A stretch of 64,000 nucleotides of DNA from Auanema rhodensis (GCA_964057225.1 OZ059897.1:10540001-10604000), one strand, 5' to 3'. Shown: positions 28,100 to 43,700, counted from the first letter of the stretch. The notes: generated by a model not told the origin, from the letters alone. Numbers and translations are program-made.

Positions 28100-31000
28100 T
28101 TTTTTGTTTTGAAATTTAAATGCTATAAAATTATTGCTTGCTTGTCATGTTAGATTTCTTTAATTTGAATACTTATTCAAGTTATAACAATTTTCGATTT
28201 AATCACGTTCAATTAACTGTATTGTTTTCAAAAATAAAGACAAAATTCAATTTCTGTTCATTGAATTAGAATTATCATGTTGTCACACAGAAATTGAAGA
28301 ATCTTAGTTCATTTCAGTAACAATGAACACACTAACTTTGTTAAGTTGTTGTAATATCGGTCCAAGTAATATAGTGGTTAGTACTCCACGTTGTGGCCGT
28401 GGCGACACAGGTTCGATTCCTGTCTTGGGCATTTTTTGTTTTGAAATTTAAATGCTATAAAATTATTGCTTGCTTGTCATGTTAGATTTCTTTAATTTGA
28501 ATACTTATTCAAGTTATAACAATTTTCGATTTAATCACGTTCAATTAACTGTATTGTTTTCAAAAATAAAGACAAAATTCAATTTCTGTTCATTGAATTA
28601 GAATTATCATGTTGTCACACAGAAATTGAAGAATCTTAGTTCATTTCAGTAACAATGAACACACTAACTTTGTTAAGTTGTTGTAATATCGGCCCAAGTA
28701 ATATAGTGGTTAGTACTCCACGTTGTGGCCGTGGCGACACAGATTCGATTCCTGTCTTGGACATTTTTTGTTTTGAAATTAAAATGCTACAAAATTATTG
28801 CTTGCTTGTCATGTTAGATTTCTTTAATTTGAATACTTATTTAAGTTATAACAATTTTCGATTTAATCACGTTCAATCAACTGTATTGTTTTCAAAAATG
28901 AAGACAAAATTCAATTTCTGTTCATTGAATTAGAATTTTCATGTTGTCACACAGAAATTGAAGAATCTTAGTTTAATTCAGCAACAATGAACACACTAAC
29001 TTTGTTAAGTTGTTGTAATATCGGCCCAAGTAATATAGTGGTTAGTACTCCACGTTGTGGCCGTGGCGACACAGATTCGATTCCTGTCTTGGACATTTTT
29101 TGTTTTGAAATTAAAATGCTATAAACATATTGCTTGCTTGTCATGTTAGATTTCTTTAATTCAAATACATATTTAAGTTCTAACAATTTTTGATTTAATC
29201 ACGTTCAATTAACTGTATTGTTTTCAAAAATAAAGACATCTTTCAATTTCTGGTCATTGAATTAGAATTTTCATGTTGTCACACAGAAATTGAAGAATCT
29301 TAGTTTAATTCAGTAACAATGAACACACTAACTTTGTTAAGTTGTTGTAATATCGGCCCAAGTAATATAGTGGTTAGTACTCCACGTTGTGGCCGTGGCG
29401 ACACAGATTCGATTCCTGTCTTGGACATTTTTTGTTTTGAAATTAAAATGCTATAAACATATTGCTTGCTTGTCATGTTAGATTTCTTTAATTTGAATAC
29501 TTATTCAAGTTATAACAATTTTCGATTTAATCACGTTCAATCAACTGTATTGTTTTCAAAAATAAAGACAAAATTCAATTTCTGTTCATTGAATTAGAAT
29601 TTTCATGTTGTCACACAGAGATTGAAGAATCTTAGTTCAATTCAGTAACAATGAACACACTAACTTTGTTAAGTTGTTGTAATATCGGCCCAAGTAATAT
29701 AGTGGTTAGTACTCCACGTTGTGGCCGTGGCGACACAGATTCGATTCCTGTCTTGGGCATTTTTTGTTTTGAAATTAAAATGCTACAAAATTATTGCTTG
29801 CTTGTCATGTTAGATTTCTTTAATTTGAATACTTATTCAAGTTATAACAATTTTCGATTTAATCACGTTCAATCAACTGTATTGTTTTCAAAAATAAAGA
29901 CAAAATTCAATTTCTGTTCATTGAATTAGAATTTTCATGTTGTCACACAGAAATTGAAGAATCTTAGTTCAATTCAGTAACAATAAACACACTAACTTTG
30001 TTAAGTTGTTGTAATATCGGCCCAAGTAATATAGTGGTTAGTACTCCACGTTGTGGCCGTGGCGACACAGATTCGATTCCTGTCTTGGACATTTTTTGTT
30101 TTGAAATTAAAATGCTATAAACATATTGCTTGCTTGTCATGTTAGATTTCTTTAATTCAAATACATATTTAAGTTCTAACAATTTTTGATTTAATCACGT
30201 TCAATTAACTGTATTGTTTTCAAAAATAAAGACATCTTTCAATTTCTGGTCATTGAATTAGAATTTTCATGTTGTCACACAGAAATTGAAGAATCTTAGT
30301 TTAATTCAGTAACAATGAACACACTAACTTTGTTAAGTTGTTGTAATATCGGCCCAAGTAATATAGTGGTTAGTACTCCACGTTGTGGCCGTGGCGACAC
30401 AGATTCGATTCCTGTCTTGGACATTTTTTGTTTTGAAATTAAAATGCTACAAAATTATTGCTTGCTTGTCATGTTAGATTTCTTTAATTTGAATACTTAT
30501 CTAAGTTATAACAATTTTCGACTTAATCACGTTCAATCAACTGTATTGTTTTCAAAAATGAAGACAAAATTCAATTTCTGTTCATTGAATTAGAATTTTC
30601 ATGTTGTCACACAGAAATTGAAGAATCTTAGTTTAATTCAGTAACAATGAACACACTAACTTTGTTAAGTTGTTGTAATATCGGCCCAAGTAATATAGTG
30701 GTTAGTACTCCACGTTGTGGCCGTGGCGACACAGATTCGATTCCTGTCTTGGACATTTTTTGTTTTGAAATTAAAATGCTATAAACATATTGCTTGCTTG
30801 TCATGTTAGATTTCTTTAATTCAAATACATATTCAAGTTATAACAATTTTCGATTTAATCACGTTCAATCAACTGTATTGTTTTCAAAAATAAAGACAAA
30901 ATTCAATTTCTGTTCATTGAATTAGAATTTTCATGTTGTCACACAGAAATTGAAGAATCTTAGTTTAATTCAGTAACAATGAACACACTAACTTTGTTAA

Positions 31001-31347
31001 GTTGTTGTAATATCGGCCCAAGTAATATAGTGGTTAGTACTCCACGTTGTGGCCGTGGCGACACAGATTCGATTCCTGTCTTGGACATTTTTTGTTTTGA
31101 AATTAAAATGCTATAAACATATTGCTTGCTTGTCATGTTAGATTTCTTTAATTCAAATACATATTTAAGTTCTAACAATTTTTGATTTAATCACGTTCAA
31201 TTAACTGTATTGTTTTCAAAAATAAAGACAAAATTCAATTTCTGTTCATTGAATTAGAATTATCATGTTGTCACACAGAAATTGAAGAATCTTAGTTCAT
31301 TTCAGTAACAATGAACACAATAACTTTGTTTAGTTGTTGTAATATCG

Positions 31348-31419
31348 GCCCAAGTAGTATAGTGGTTAGTACTCCACGTTGTGGCCGTGGCGACACAGGT
31401 TCGATTCCTGTCTTGGGCA
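31348..31419 (+). tRNA. tRNA-His(GTG), canonical copy
   Basis: Identical to 894-965. Confidence 0.93.
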
Positions 31420-34400
31420 TTTTTTGTTTTGAAATTTAAATGCTATAAAATTATTGCTTGCTTGTCATGTTAGATTTCTTTAATTTGAATACTTATTCAA
31501 GTTATAACAATTTTCGATTTAATCACGTTCAATTAACTGTATTGTTTTCAAAAATAAAGACAAAATTCAATTTCTGTTCATTGAATTAGAATTATCATGT
31601 TGTCACACAGAAATTGAAGAATCTTAGTTCATTTCAGTAACAATGAACACACTAACTTTGTTAAGTTGTTGTAATATCGGTCCAAGTAATATAGTGGTTA
31701 GTACTCCACGTTGTGGCCGTGGCGACACAGGTTCGATTCCTGTCTTGGGCATTTTTTGTTTTGAAATTTAAATGCTATAAAATTATTGCTTGCTTGTCAT
31801 GTTAGATTTCTTTAATTTGAATACTTATTCAAGTTATAACAATTTTCGATTTAATCACGTTCAATTAACTGTATTGTTTTCAAAAATAAAGACAAAATTC
31901 AATTTCTGTTCATTGAATTAGAATTATCATGTTGTCACACAGAAATTGAAGAATCTTAGTTCATTTCAGTAACAATGAACACACTAACTTTGTTAAGTTG
32001 TTGTAATATCGGCCCAAGTAATATAGTGGTTAGTACTCCACGTTGTGGCCGTGGCGACACAGATTCGATTCCTGTCTTGGACATTTTTTGTTTTGAAATT
32101 AAAATGCTACAAAATTATTGCTTGCTTGTCATGTTAGATTTCTTTAATTTGAATACTTATTTAAGTTATAACAATTTTCGATTTAATCACGTTCAATCAA
32201 CTGTATTGTTTTCAAAAATGAAGACAAAATTCAATTTCTGTTCATTGAATTAGAATTTTCATGTTGTCACACAGAAATTGAAGAATCTTAGTTTAATTCA
32301 GCAACAATGAACACACTAACTTTGTTAAGTTGTTGTAATATCGGCCCAAGTAATATAGTGGTTAGTACTCCACGTTGTGGCCGTGGCGACACAGATTCGA
32401 TTCCTGTCTTGGACATTTTTTGTTTTGAAATTAAAATGCTATAAACATATTGCTTGCTTGTCATGTTAGATTTCTTTAATTCAAATACATATTTAAGTTC
32501 TAACAATTTTTGATTTAATCACGTTCAATTAACTGTATTGTTTTCAAAAATAAAGACATCTTTCAATTTCTGGTCATTGAATTAGAATTTTCATGTTGTC
32601 ACACAGAAATTGAAGAATCTTAGTTTAATTCAGTAACAATGAACACACTAACTTTGTTAAGTTGTTGTAATATCGGCCCAAGTAATATAGTGGTTAGTAC
32701 TCCACGTTGTGGCCGTGGCGACACAGATTCGATTCCTGTCTTGGACATTTTTTGTTTTGAAATTAAAATGCTATAAACATATTGCTTGCTTGTCATGTTA
32801 GATTTCTTTAATTTGAATACTTATTCAAGTTATAACAATTTTCGATTTAATCACGTTCAATCAACTGTATTGTTTTCAAAAATAAAGACAAAATTCAATT
32901 TCTGTTCATTGAATTAGAATTTTCATGTTGTCACACAGAGATTGAAGAATCTTAGTTCAATTCAGTAACAATGAACACACTAACTTTGTTAAGTTGTTGT
33001 AATATCGGCCCAAGTAATATAGTGGTTAGTACTCCACGTTGTGGCCGTGGCGACACAGATTCGATTCCTGTCTTGGGCATTTTTTGTTTTGAAATTAAAA
33101 TGCTACAAAATTATTGCTTGCTTGTCATGTTAGATTTCTTTAATTTGAATACTTATTCAAGTTATAACAATTTTCGATTTAATCACGTTCAATCAACTGT
33201 ATTGTTTTCAAAAATAAAGACAAAATTCAATTTCTGTTCATTGAATTAGAATTTTCATGTTGTCACACAGAAATTGAAGAATCTTAGTTCAATTCAGTAA
33301 CAATAAACACACTAACTTTGTTAAGTTGTTGTAATATCGGCCCAAGTAATATAGTGGTTAGTACTCCACGTTGTGGCCGTGGCGACACAGATTCGATTCC
33401 TGTCTTGGACATTTTTTGTTTTGAAATTAAAATGCTATAAACATATTGCTTGCTTGTCATGTTAGATTTCTTTAATTCAAATACATATTTAAGTTCTAAC
33501 AATTTTTGATTTAATCACGTTCAATTAACTGTATTGTTTTCAAAAATAAAGACATCTTTCAATTTCTGGTCATTGAATTAGAATTTTCATGTTGTCACAC
33601 AGAAATTGAAGAATCTTAGTTTAATTCAGTAACAATGAACACACTAACTTTGTTAAGTTGTTGTAATATCGGCCCAAGTAATATAGTGGTTAGTACTCCA
33701 CGTTGTGGCCGTGGCGACACAGATTCGATTCCTGTCTTGGACATTTTTTGTTTTGAAATTAAAATGCTACAAAATTATTGCTTGCTTGTCATGTTAGATT
33801 TCTTTAATTTGAATACTTATCTAAGTTATAACAATTTTCGACTTAATCACGTTCAATCAACTGTATTGTTTTCAAAAATGAAGACAAAATTCAATTTCTG
33901 TTCATTGAATTAGAATTTTCATGTTGTCACACAGAAATTGAAGAATCTTAGTTTAATTCAGTAACAATGAACACACTAACTTTGTTAAGTTGTTGTAATA
34001 TCGGCCCAAGTAATATAGTGGTTAGTACTCCACGTTGTGGCCGTGGCGACACAGATTCGATTCCTGTCTTGGACATTTTTTGTTTTGAAATTAAAATGCT
34101 ATAAACATATTGCTTGCTTGTCATGTTAGATTTCTTTAATTCAAATACATATTCAAGTTATAACAATTTTCGATTTAATCACGTTCAATCAACTGTATTG
34201 TTTTCAAAAATAAAGACAAAATTCAATTTCTGTTCATTGAATTAGAATTTTCATGTTGTCACACAGAAATTGAAGAATCTTAGTTTAATTCAGTAACAAT
34301 GAACACACTAACTTTGTTAAGTTGTTGTAATATCGGCCCAAGTAATATAGTGGTTAGTACTCCACGTTGTGGCCGTGGCGACACAGATTCGATTCCTGTC

Positions 34401-34667
34401 TTGGACATTTTTTGTTTTGAAATTAAAATGCTATAAACATATTGCTTGCTTGTCATGTTAGATTTCTTTAATTCAAATACATATTTAAGTTCTAACAATT
34501 TTTGATTTAATCACGTTCAATTAACTGTATTGTTTTCAAAAATAAAGACAAAATTCAATTTCTGTTCATTGAATTAGAATTATCATGTTGTCACACAGAA
34601 ATTGAAGAATCTTAGTTCATTTCAGTAACAATGAACACAATAACTTTGTTTAGTTGTTGTAATATCG

Positions 34668-34739
34668 GCCCAAGTAGTATAGTGGTTAGTACTCCACGTT
34701 GTGGCCGTGGCGACACAGGTTCGATTCCTGTCTTGGGCA
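34668..34739 (+). tRNA. tRNA-His(GTG), canonical copy
   Basis: Identical to 894-965. Confidence 0.93.
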
Positions 34740-37700
34740 TTTTTTGTTTTGAAATTTAAATGCTATAAAATTATTGCTTGCTTGTCATGTTAGATTTCTT
34801 TAATTTGAATACTTATTCAAGTTATAACAATTTTCGATTTAATCACGTTCAATTAACTGTATTGTTTTCAAAAATGAAGACAAAATTCAATTTCTGTTCA
34901 TTGAATTAGAATTTTCATGTTGTCACACAGAAATTGAAGAATCTTAGTTTAATTCAGTAACAATGAACACACTAACTTTGTTAAGTTGTTGTAATATCGG
35001 CCCAAGTAATATAGTGGTTAGTACTCCACGTTGTGGCCGTGGCGACACAGATTCGATTCCTGTCTTAGACATTTTTTGTTTTGAAATTAAAATGCTATAA
35101 ACATATTGCTTGCTTGTCATGTTAGATTTCTTTAATTTGAATACTTATTCAAGTTATAACAATTTTCGATTTAATCACGTTCAATCAACTGTATTGTTTT
35201 CAAAAATAAAGACAAAATTCAATTTCTGTTCATTGAATTAGAATTTTCATGTTGTCACACAGAAATTGAAGAATCTTAGTTCAATTCAGTAACAATAAAC
35301 ACACTAACTTTGTTAAGTTGTTGTAATATCGGCCCAAGTAATATAGTGGTTAGTACTCCACGTTGTGGCCGTGGCGACACAGATTCGATTCCTGTCTTGG
35401 ACATTTTTTGTTTTGAAATTAAAATGCTACAAAATTATTGCTTGCTTGTCATGTTAGATTTCTTTAATTTGAATACTTATTTAAGTTATAACAATTTTCG
35501 ACTTAATCACGTTCAATCAACTGTATTGTTTTCAAAAATGAAGACAAAATTCAATTTCTGTTCATTGAATTAGAATTTTCATGTTGTCACACAGAAATTG
35601 AAGAATCTTAGTTTAATTCAGTAACAATGAACACACTAACTTTGTTAAGTTGTTGTAATATCGGCCCAAGTAATATAGTGGTTAGTACTCCACGTTGTGG
35701 CCGTGGCGACACAGATTCGATTCCTGTCTTGGACATTTTTTGTTTTGAAATTAAAATGCTATAAACATATTGCTTGCTTGTCATGTTAGATTTCTTTAAT
35801 TCAAATACATATTTAAGTTCTAACAATTTTTGATTTAATCACGTTCAATTAACTGTATTGTTTTCAAAAATAAAGACATCTTTCAATTTCTGGTCATTGA
35901 ATTAGAATTTTCATGTTGTCACACAGAAATTGAAGAATCTTAGTTTAATTCAGTAACAATGAACACACTAACTTTGTTAAGTTGTTGTAATATCGGCCCA
36001 AGTAATATAGTGGTTAGTACTCCACGTTGTGGCCGTGGCGACACAGATTCGATTCCTGTCTTGGACATTTTTTGTTTTGAAATTAAAATGCTACAAAATT
36101 ATTGCTTGCTTGTCATGTTAGATTTCTTTAATTTGAATACTTATTTAAGTTATAACAATTTTCGACTTAATCACGTTCAATCAACTGTATTGTTTTCAAA
36201 AATGAAGACAAAATTCAATTTCTGTTCATTGAATTAGAATTTTCATGTTGTCACACAGAAATTGAAGAATCTTAGTTTAATTCAGTAACAATGAACACAC
36301 TAACTTTGTTAAGTTGTTGTAATATCGGCCCAAGTAATATAGTGGTTAGTACTCCACGTTGTGGCCGTGGCGACACAGATTCGATTCCTGTCTTGGACAT
36401 TTTTGTTTTGAAATTAAAATGCTATAAACATATTGCTTGCTTGTCATGTTAGATTTCTTTAATTCAAATACATATTTAAGTTCTAACAATTTTTGATTTA
36501 ATCACGTTCAATTAACTGTATTGTTTTCAAAAATAAAGACATCTTTCAATTTCTGGTCATTGAATTAGAATTTTCATGTTGTCACACAGAAATTGAAGAA
36601 TCTTAGTTTAATTCAGTAACAATGAACACACTAACTTTGTGAAGTTGTTGTAATATCGGCCCAAGTAATATAGTGGTTAGTACTCCACGTTGTGGCCGTG
36701 GCGACACAGATTCGATTCCTGTCTTGGACATTTTTTGTTTTGAAATTAAAATGCTATAAACATATTGCTTGCTTGTCATGTTAGATTTCTTTAATTCAAA
36801 TACATATTTAAGTTCTAACAATTTTTGATTTAATCACGTTCAATTAACTGTATTGTTTTCAAAAATAAAGACAAAATTCAATTTCTGTTCATTGAATTAG
36901 AATTATCATGTTGTCACACAGAAATTGAAGAATCTTAGTTCATTTCAGTAACAATGAACACAATAACTTTGTTTAGTTGTTGTAATATCGGCCCAAGTAG
37001 TATAGTGGTTAGTACTCCACGTTGTGGCCGTGGCGACACAGATTCGATTCCTGTCTTGGGCATTTTTTGTTTTGAAATTAAAATGCTATAAACATATTGC
37101 TTGCTTGTCATGTTAGATTTGTTTAATTTGAATACTTATTCAAGTTATAACAATTTTCGATTTAATCACGTTCAATCAACTGTATTGTTTTCAAAAATAA
37201 AGACATCTTTCAATTTCTGGTCATTGAATTAGAATTTTCATGTTGTCACACAGAAATTGAAGAATCTTAGTTCAATTCAGTAACAATATACACACTAACT
37301 TTGTTAAGTTGTTGTAATATCGGCCCAAGTAATATAGTGGTTAGTACTCCACGTTGTGGCCGTGGCGACACAGATTCGATTCCTGTCTTGGACATTTTTT
37401 GTTTTGAAATTAAAATGCTACAAAATTATTGCTTGCTTGTCATGTTAGATTTCTTTAATTTGAATACTTATTTAAGTTATAACAATTTTCGACTTAATCA
37501 CGTTCAATCAACTGTATTGTTTTCAAAAATGAAGACGAAATTCAATTTCTGTTCATTGAATTAGAATTTTCATGTTGTCACACAGAAATTGAAGAATCTT
37601 AGTTTAATTCAGTAACAATGAACACACTAACTTTGTTAAGTTGTTGTAATATCGGCCCAAGTAATATAGTGGTTAGTACTCCACGTTGTGGCCGTGGCGA

Positions 37701-39314
37701 CACAGATTCGATTCCTGTCTTGGACATTTTTTGTTTTGAAATTAAAATGCTATAAACATATTGCTTGCTTGTCATGTTAGATTTCTTTAATTCAAATACA
37801 TATTTAAGTTCTAACAATTTTTGATTTAATCACGTTCAATTAACTGTATTGTTTTCAAAAATAAAGACATCTTTCAATTTCTGGTCATTGAATTAGAATT
37901 TTCATGTTGTCACACAGAAATTGAAGAATCTTAGTTTAATTCAGTAACAATGAACACACTAACTTTGTTAAGTTGTTGTAATATCGGCCCAAGTAATATA
38001 GTGGTTAGTACTCCACGTTGTGGCCGTGGAGACACAGATTCGATTCCTGTCTTGGACATTTTTTGTTTTGAAATTAAAATGCTACAAAATTATTGCTTGC
38101 TTGTCATGTTAGATTTCTTTAATTTGAATACTTATTTAAGTTATAACAATTTTCGATTTAATCACGTTCAATCAACTGTATTGTTTTCAAAAATAAAGAC
38201 ATCTTTCAATTTCTGGTCATTGAATTAGAATTTTCATGTTGTCACACAGAAATTGAAGAATCTTAGTTTAATTCAGTAACAATGAACACACTAACTTTGT
38301 TAAGTTGTTGTAATATCGGCCCAAGTAATATAGTGGTTAGTACTCCACGTTGTGGCCGTGGCGATACAGATTCGATTCCTGTCTTGGACATTTTTTGTTT
38401 TGAAATTAAAATGCTATAAACATATTGCTTGCTTGTCATGTTAGATTTCTTTAATTCAAATACATATTTAAGTTCTAACAATTTTTGATTTAATCACGTT
38501 CAATTAACTGTATTGTTTTCAAAAATAAAGACATCTTTCAATTTCTGGTCATTGAATTAGAATTTTCATGTTGTCACACAGAAATTGAAGAATCTTAGTT
38601 TAATTCAGTAACAATGAACACACTAACTTTGTGAAGTTGTTGTAATATCGGCCCAAGTAATATAGTGGTTAGTACTCCACGTTGTGGCCGTGGCGACACA
38701 GATTCGATTCCTGTCTTGGACATTTTTTGTTTTGAAATTAAAATGCTATAAACATATTGCTTGCTTGTCATGTTAGATTTCTTTAATTCAAATACATATT
38801 TAAGTTCTAACAATTTTTGATTTAATCACGTTCAATTAACTGTATTGTTTTCAAAAATAAAGACAAAATTCAATTTCTGTTCATTGAATTAGAATTATCA
38901 TGTTGTCACACAGAAATTGAAGAATCTTAGTTCATTTCAGTAACAATGAACACAATAACTTTGTTTAGTTGTTGTAATATCGGCCCAAGTAGTATAGTGG
39001 TTAGTACTCCACGTTGTGGCCGTGGCGACACAGATTCGATTCCTGTCTTGGGCATTTTTTGTTTTGAAATTAAAATGCTATAAACATATTGCTTGCTTGT
39101 CATGTTAGATTTGTTTAATTCAAATACTTATTTAAGTTCGAACAATTATCGATTTAATCACGTTCAATTAACTGTATTGTTTTCAAAAATAAAGACATCT
39201 TTCAATTTCTGGTCATTGAATTAGAATTTTCAGGTTGTCACACAGAAATTGAAGAATCTTTGTTCATTTCAGTAACAATGAACACACTAACTTTGTTAAG
39301 TTGTTGTAATATTG

Positions 39315-39386
39315 GCCCAAGTAGTATAGTGGTTAGTACTCCACGTTGTGGCCGTGGCGACACAGGTTCGATTCCTGTCTTGGGCA
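39315..39386 (+). tRNA. tRNA-His(GTG), canonical copy
   Basis: Identical to 894-965. Confidence 0.93.
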
Positions 39387-41636
39387 TTTTTTGTTTTGAA
39401 ATTTAAATGCTATAAAATTATTGCTTGCTTGTCATGTTAGATTTGTTTAATTCAAATACTTATTTAAGTTCTAACAATTTTTGATTTAATCACGTTCAAT
39501 TAACTGTATTGTTTTCAAAAATAAAAACAAAATTCAATTTCTGTTCATTGAATTAGAATTTTCAGGTTGTCACACAGAAATTGAAGAATCTTAGTTCAAT
39601 TCAGTAACAATGAACACACTAACTTCGTTAAGTTGTTGTAATATCGGCCCAAGTAATATAGTGGTTAGTACTCCACGTTGTGGCCGTGGCGACACAGATT
39701 CGATTCCTGTCTTGGACATTTTTTGTTTTGAAATTAAAATGCTACAAAATTATTGCTTGCTTGTCATGTTAGATTTCTTTAATTTGAATACTTATTTAAG
39801 TTATAACAATTTTCGACTTAATCACGTTCAATCAACTGTATTGTTTTCAAAAATGAAGACAAAATTCAATTTCTGTTCATTGAATTAGAATTTTCATGTT
39901 GTCACACAGAAATTGAAGAATCTTAGTTTAATTCAGTAACAATGAACACACTAACTTTGTTAAGTTGTTGTAATATCGGCCCAAGTAATATAGTGGTTAG
40001 TACTCCACGTTGTGGCCGTGGCGACACAGATTCGATTCCTGTCTTGGACATTTTTTGTTTTGAAATTAAAATGCTATAAACATATTGCTTGCTTGTCATG
40101 TTAGATTTCTTTAATTCAAATACATATTTAAGTTCTAACAATTTTTGATTTAATCACGTTCAATTAACTGTATTGTTTCAAAAATAAAGACATCTTTCAA
40201 TTTCTGGTCATTGAATTAGAATTTTCATGTTGTCACACAGAAATTGAAGAATCTTAGTTTAATTCAGTAACAATGAACACACTAACTTTGTTAAGTTGTT
40301 GTAATATCGGCCCAAGTAATATAGTGGTTAGTACTCCACGTTGTGGCCGTGGCGACACAGATTCGATTCCTGTCTTGGACATTTTTTGTTTTGAAATTAA
40401 AATGCTACAAAATTATTGCTTGCTTGTCATGTTAGATTTCTTTAATTCAAATACATATTTAAGTTCTAACAATTTTTGATTTAATCACGTTCAATTAACT
40501 GTATTGTTTCAAAAATAAAGACATCTTTCAATTTCTGGTCATTGAATTAGAATTTTCATGTTGTCACACAGAAATTGAAGAATCTTAGTTTAATTCAGTA
40601 ACAATGAACACACTAACTTTGTTAAGTTGTTGTAATATCGGCCCAAGTAATATAGTGGTTAGTACTCCACGTTGTGGCCGTGGCGACACAGATTCGATTC
40701 CTGTCTTGGACATTTTTTGTTTTGAAATTAAAATGCTATAAACATATTGCTTGCTTGTCATGTTAGATTTCTTTAATTTGAATACTTATTTAAGTTATAA
40801 CAATTTTCGATTTAATCACGTTCAATCAACTGTATTGTTTTCAAAAATAAAGACATCTTTCAATTTCTGGTCATTGAATTAGAATTTTCATGTTGTCACA
40901 CAGAAATTGAAGAATCTTAGTTTAATTCAGTAACAATGAACACACTAACTTTGTTAAGTTGTTGTAATATCGGCCCAAGTAATATAGTGGTTAGTACTCC
41001 ACGTTGTGGCCGTGGCGATACAGATTCGATTCCTGTCTTGGACATTTTTTGTTTTGAAATTAAAATGCTATAAACATATTGCTTGCTTGTCATGTTAGAT
41101 TTCTTTAATTCAAATACATATTTAAGTTCTAACAATTTTTGATTTAATCACGTTCAATTAACTGTATTGTTTTCAAAAATAAAGACATCTTTCAATTTCT
41201 GGTCATTGAATTAGAATTTTCATGTTGTCACACAGAAATTGAAGAATCTTAGTTTAATTCAGTAACAATGAACACACTAACTTTGTGAAGTTGTTGTAAT
41301 ATCGGCCCAAGTAATATAGTGGTTAGTACTCCACGTTGTGGCCGTGGCGACACAGATTCGATTCCTGTCTTGGACATTTTTTGTTTTGAAATTAAAATGC
41401 TATAAACATATTGCTTGCTTGTCATGTTAGATTTCTTTAATTCAAATACATATTTAAGTTCTATCAATTTTCGATTTAATCACGTTCAATCAACTGTATT
41501 GTTTTCAAAAATAAAGACATCTTTCAATTTCTGGTCATTGAATTAGAATTTTCATGTTGTCACACAGAAATTGAAGAATCTTTGTTCATTTCAGTAACAA
41601 TGAACACACTAACTTTGTTAAGTTGTTGTAATATTG

Positions 41637-41708
41637 GCCCAAGTAGTATAGTGGTTAGTACTCCACGTTGTGGCCGTGGCGACACAGGTTCGATTCCTGT
41701 CTTGGGCA
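41637..41708 (+). tRNA. tRNA-His(GTG), canonical copy
   Basis: Identical to 894-965. Confidence 0.93.
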
Positions 41709-43628
41709 TTTTTTGTTTTGAAATTTAAATGCTATAAAATTATTGCTTGCTTGTCATGTTAGATTTGTTTAATTCAAATACTTATTTAAGTTCTAACAAT
41801 TTTTGATTTAATCACGTTCAATTAACTGTATTGTTTTCAAAAATAAAAACAAAATTCAATTTCTGTTCATTGAATTAGAATTTTCAGGTTGTCACACAGA
41901 AATTGAAGAATCTTAGTTCAATTCAGTAACAATGAACACACTAACTTCGTTAAGTTGTTGTAATATCGGCCCAAGTAATATAGTGGTTAGTACTCCACGT
42001 TGTGGCCGTGGCGACACAGATTCGATTCCTGTCTTGGACATTTTTTGTTTTGAAATTAAAATGCTACAAAATTATTGCTTGCTTGTCATGTTAGATTTCT
42101 TTAATTTGAATACTTATTTAAGTTATAACAATTTTCGACTTAATCACGTTCAATCAACTGTATTGTTTTCAAAAATGAAGACAAAATTCAATTTCTGTTC
42201 ATTGAATTAGAATTTTCATGTTGTCACACAGAAATTGAAGAATCTTAGTTTAATTCAGTAACAATGAACACACTAACTTTGTTAAGTTGTTGTAATATCG
42301 GCCCAAGTAATATAGTGGTTAGTACTCCACGTTGTGGCCGTGGCGACACAGATTCGATTCCTGTCTTGGACATTTTTTGTTTTGAAATTAAAATGCTACA
42401 AAATTATTGCTTGCTTGTCATGTTAGATTTCTTTAATTCAAATACATATTTAAGTTCTAACAATTTTTGATTTAATCACGTTCAATTAACTGTATTGTTT
42501 TCAAAAATAAAGACATCTTTCAATTTCTGGTCATTGAATTAGAATTTTCATGTTGTCACACAGAAATTGAAGAATCTTAGTTTAATTCAGTAACAATGAA
42601 CACACTAACTTTGTTAAGTTGTTGTAATATCGGCCCAAGTAATATAGTGGTTAGTACTCCACGTTGTGGCCGTGGCGACACAGATTCGATTCCTGTCTTG
42701 GACATTTTTTGTTTTGAAATTAAAATGCTATAAACATATTGCTTGCTTGTCATGTTAGATTTCTTTAATTTGAATACTTATTTAAGTTATAACAATTTTC
42801 GATTTAATCACGTTCAATCAACTGTATTGTTTTCAAAAATAAAGACATCTTTCAATTTCTGGTCATTGAATTAGAATTTTCATGTTGTCACACAGAAATT
42901 GAAGAATCTTAGTTTAATTCAGTAACAATGAACACACTAACTTTGTTAAGTTGTTGTAATATCGGCCCAAGTAATATAGTGGTTAGTACTCCACGTTGTG
43001 GCCGTGGCGATACAGATTCGATTCCTGTCTTGGACATTTTTTGTTTTGAAATTAAAATGCTATAAACATATTGCTTGCTTGTCATGTTAGATTTCTTTAA
43101 TTCAAATACATATTTAAGTTCTAACAATTTTTGATTTAATCACGTTCAATTAACTGTATTGTTTTCAAAAATAAAGACAAAATTCAATTTCTGTTCATTG
43201 AATTAGAATTATCATGTTGTCACACAGAAATTGAAGAATCTTAGTTCATTTCAGTAACAATGAACAAAATAACTTTGTTTAGTTGTTGTAATATCGGCCC
43301 AAGTAGTATAGTGGTTAGTACTCCACGTTGTGGCCGTGGCGACACAGATTCGATTCCTGTCTTGGGCATTTTTTGTTTTGAAATTAAAATGCTATAAACA
43401 TATTGCTTGCTTGTCATGTTAGATTTGTTTAATTCAAATACTTAATTAAGTTCTATCAATTTTCGATTTAATCACGTTCAATCAACTGTATTGTTTTCAA
43501 AAATAAAGACATCTTTCAATTTCTGGTCATTGAATTAGAATTTTCATGTTGTCACACAGAAATTGAAGAATCTTTGTTCATTTCAGTAACAATGAACACA
43601 CTAACTTTGTTAAGTTGTTGTAATATCG

Positions 43629-43700
43629 GCCCAAGTAGTATAGTGGTTAGTACTCCACGTTGTGGCCGTGGCGACACAGGTTCGATTCCTGTCTTGGGCA
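43629..43700 (+). tRNA. tRNA-His(GTG), canonical copy
   Basis: Identical to 894-965. Confidence 0.93.

Larger units (their letters stand above)
15750..31020 (+). repeat. 23-monomer higher-order duplication (period 7636 bp); boundaries approximate
   Basis: Rare variants recur at +7636: GGCTTAAG 16076/23712, A9G 16740/24376, G19A 18732/26368, GGTCCAAG 20724/28360. Confidence 0.9.
27200..34870 (+). repeat. 10-monomer higher-order repeat (period 3320 bp); boundaries approximate
   Basis: Intact tRNA at 28028/31348/34668; GGTCCAAG at 28360/31680; ORF pairs 28968/32288 and 29651/32971. Confidence 0.88.
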
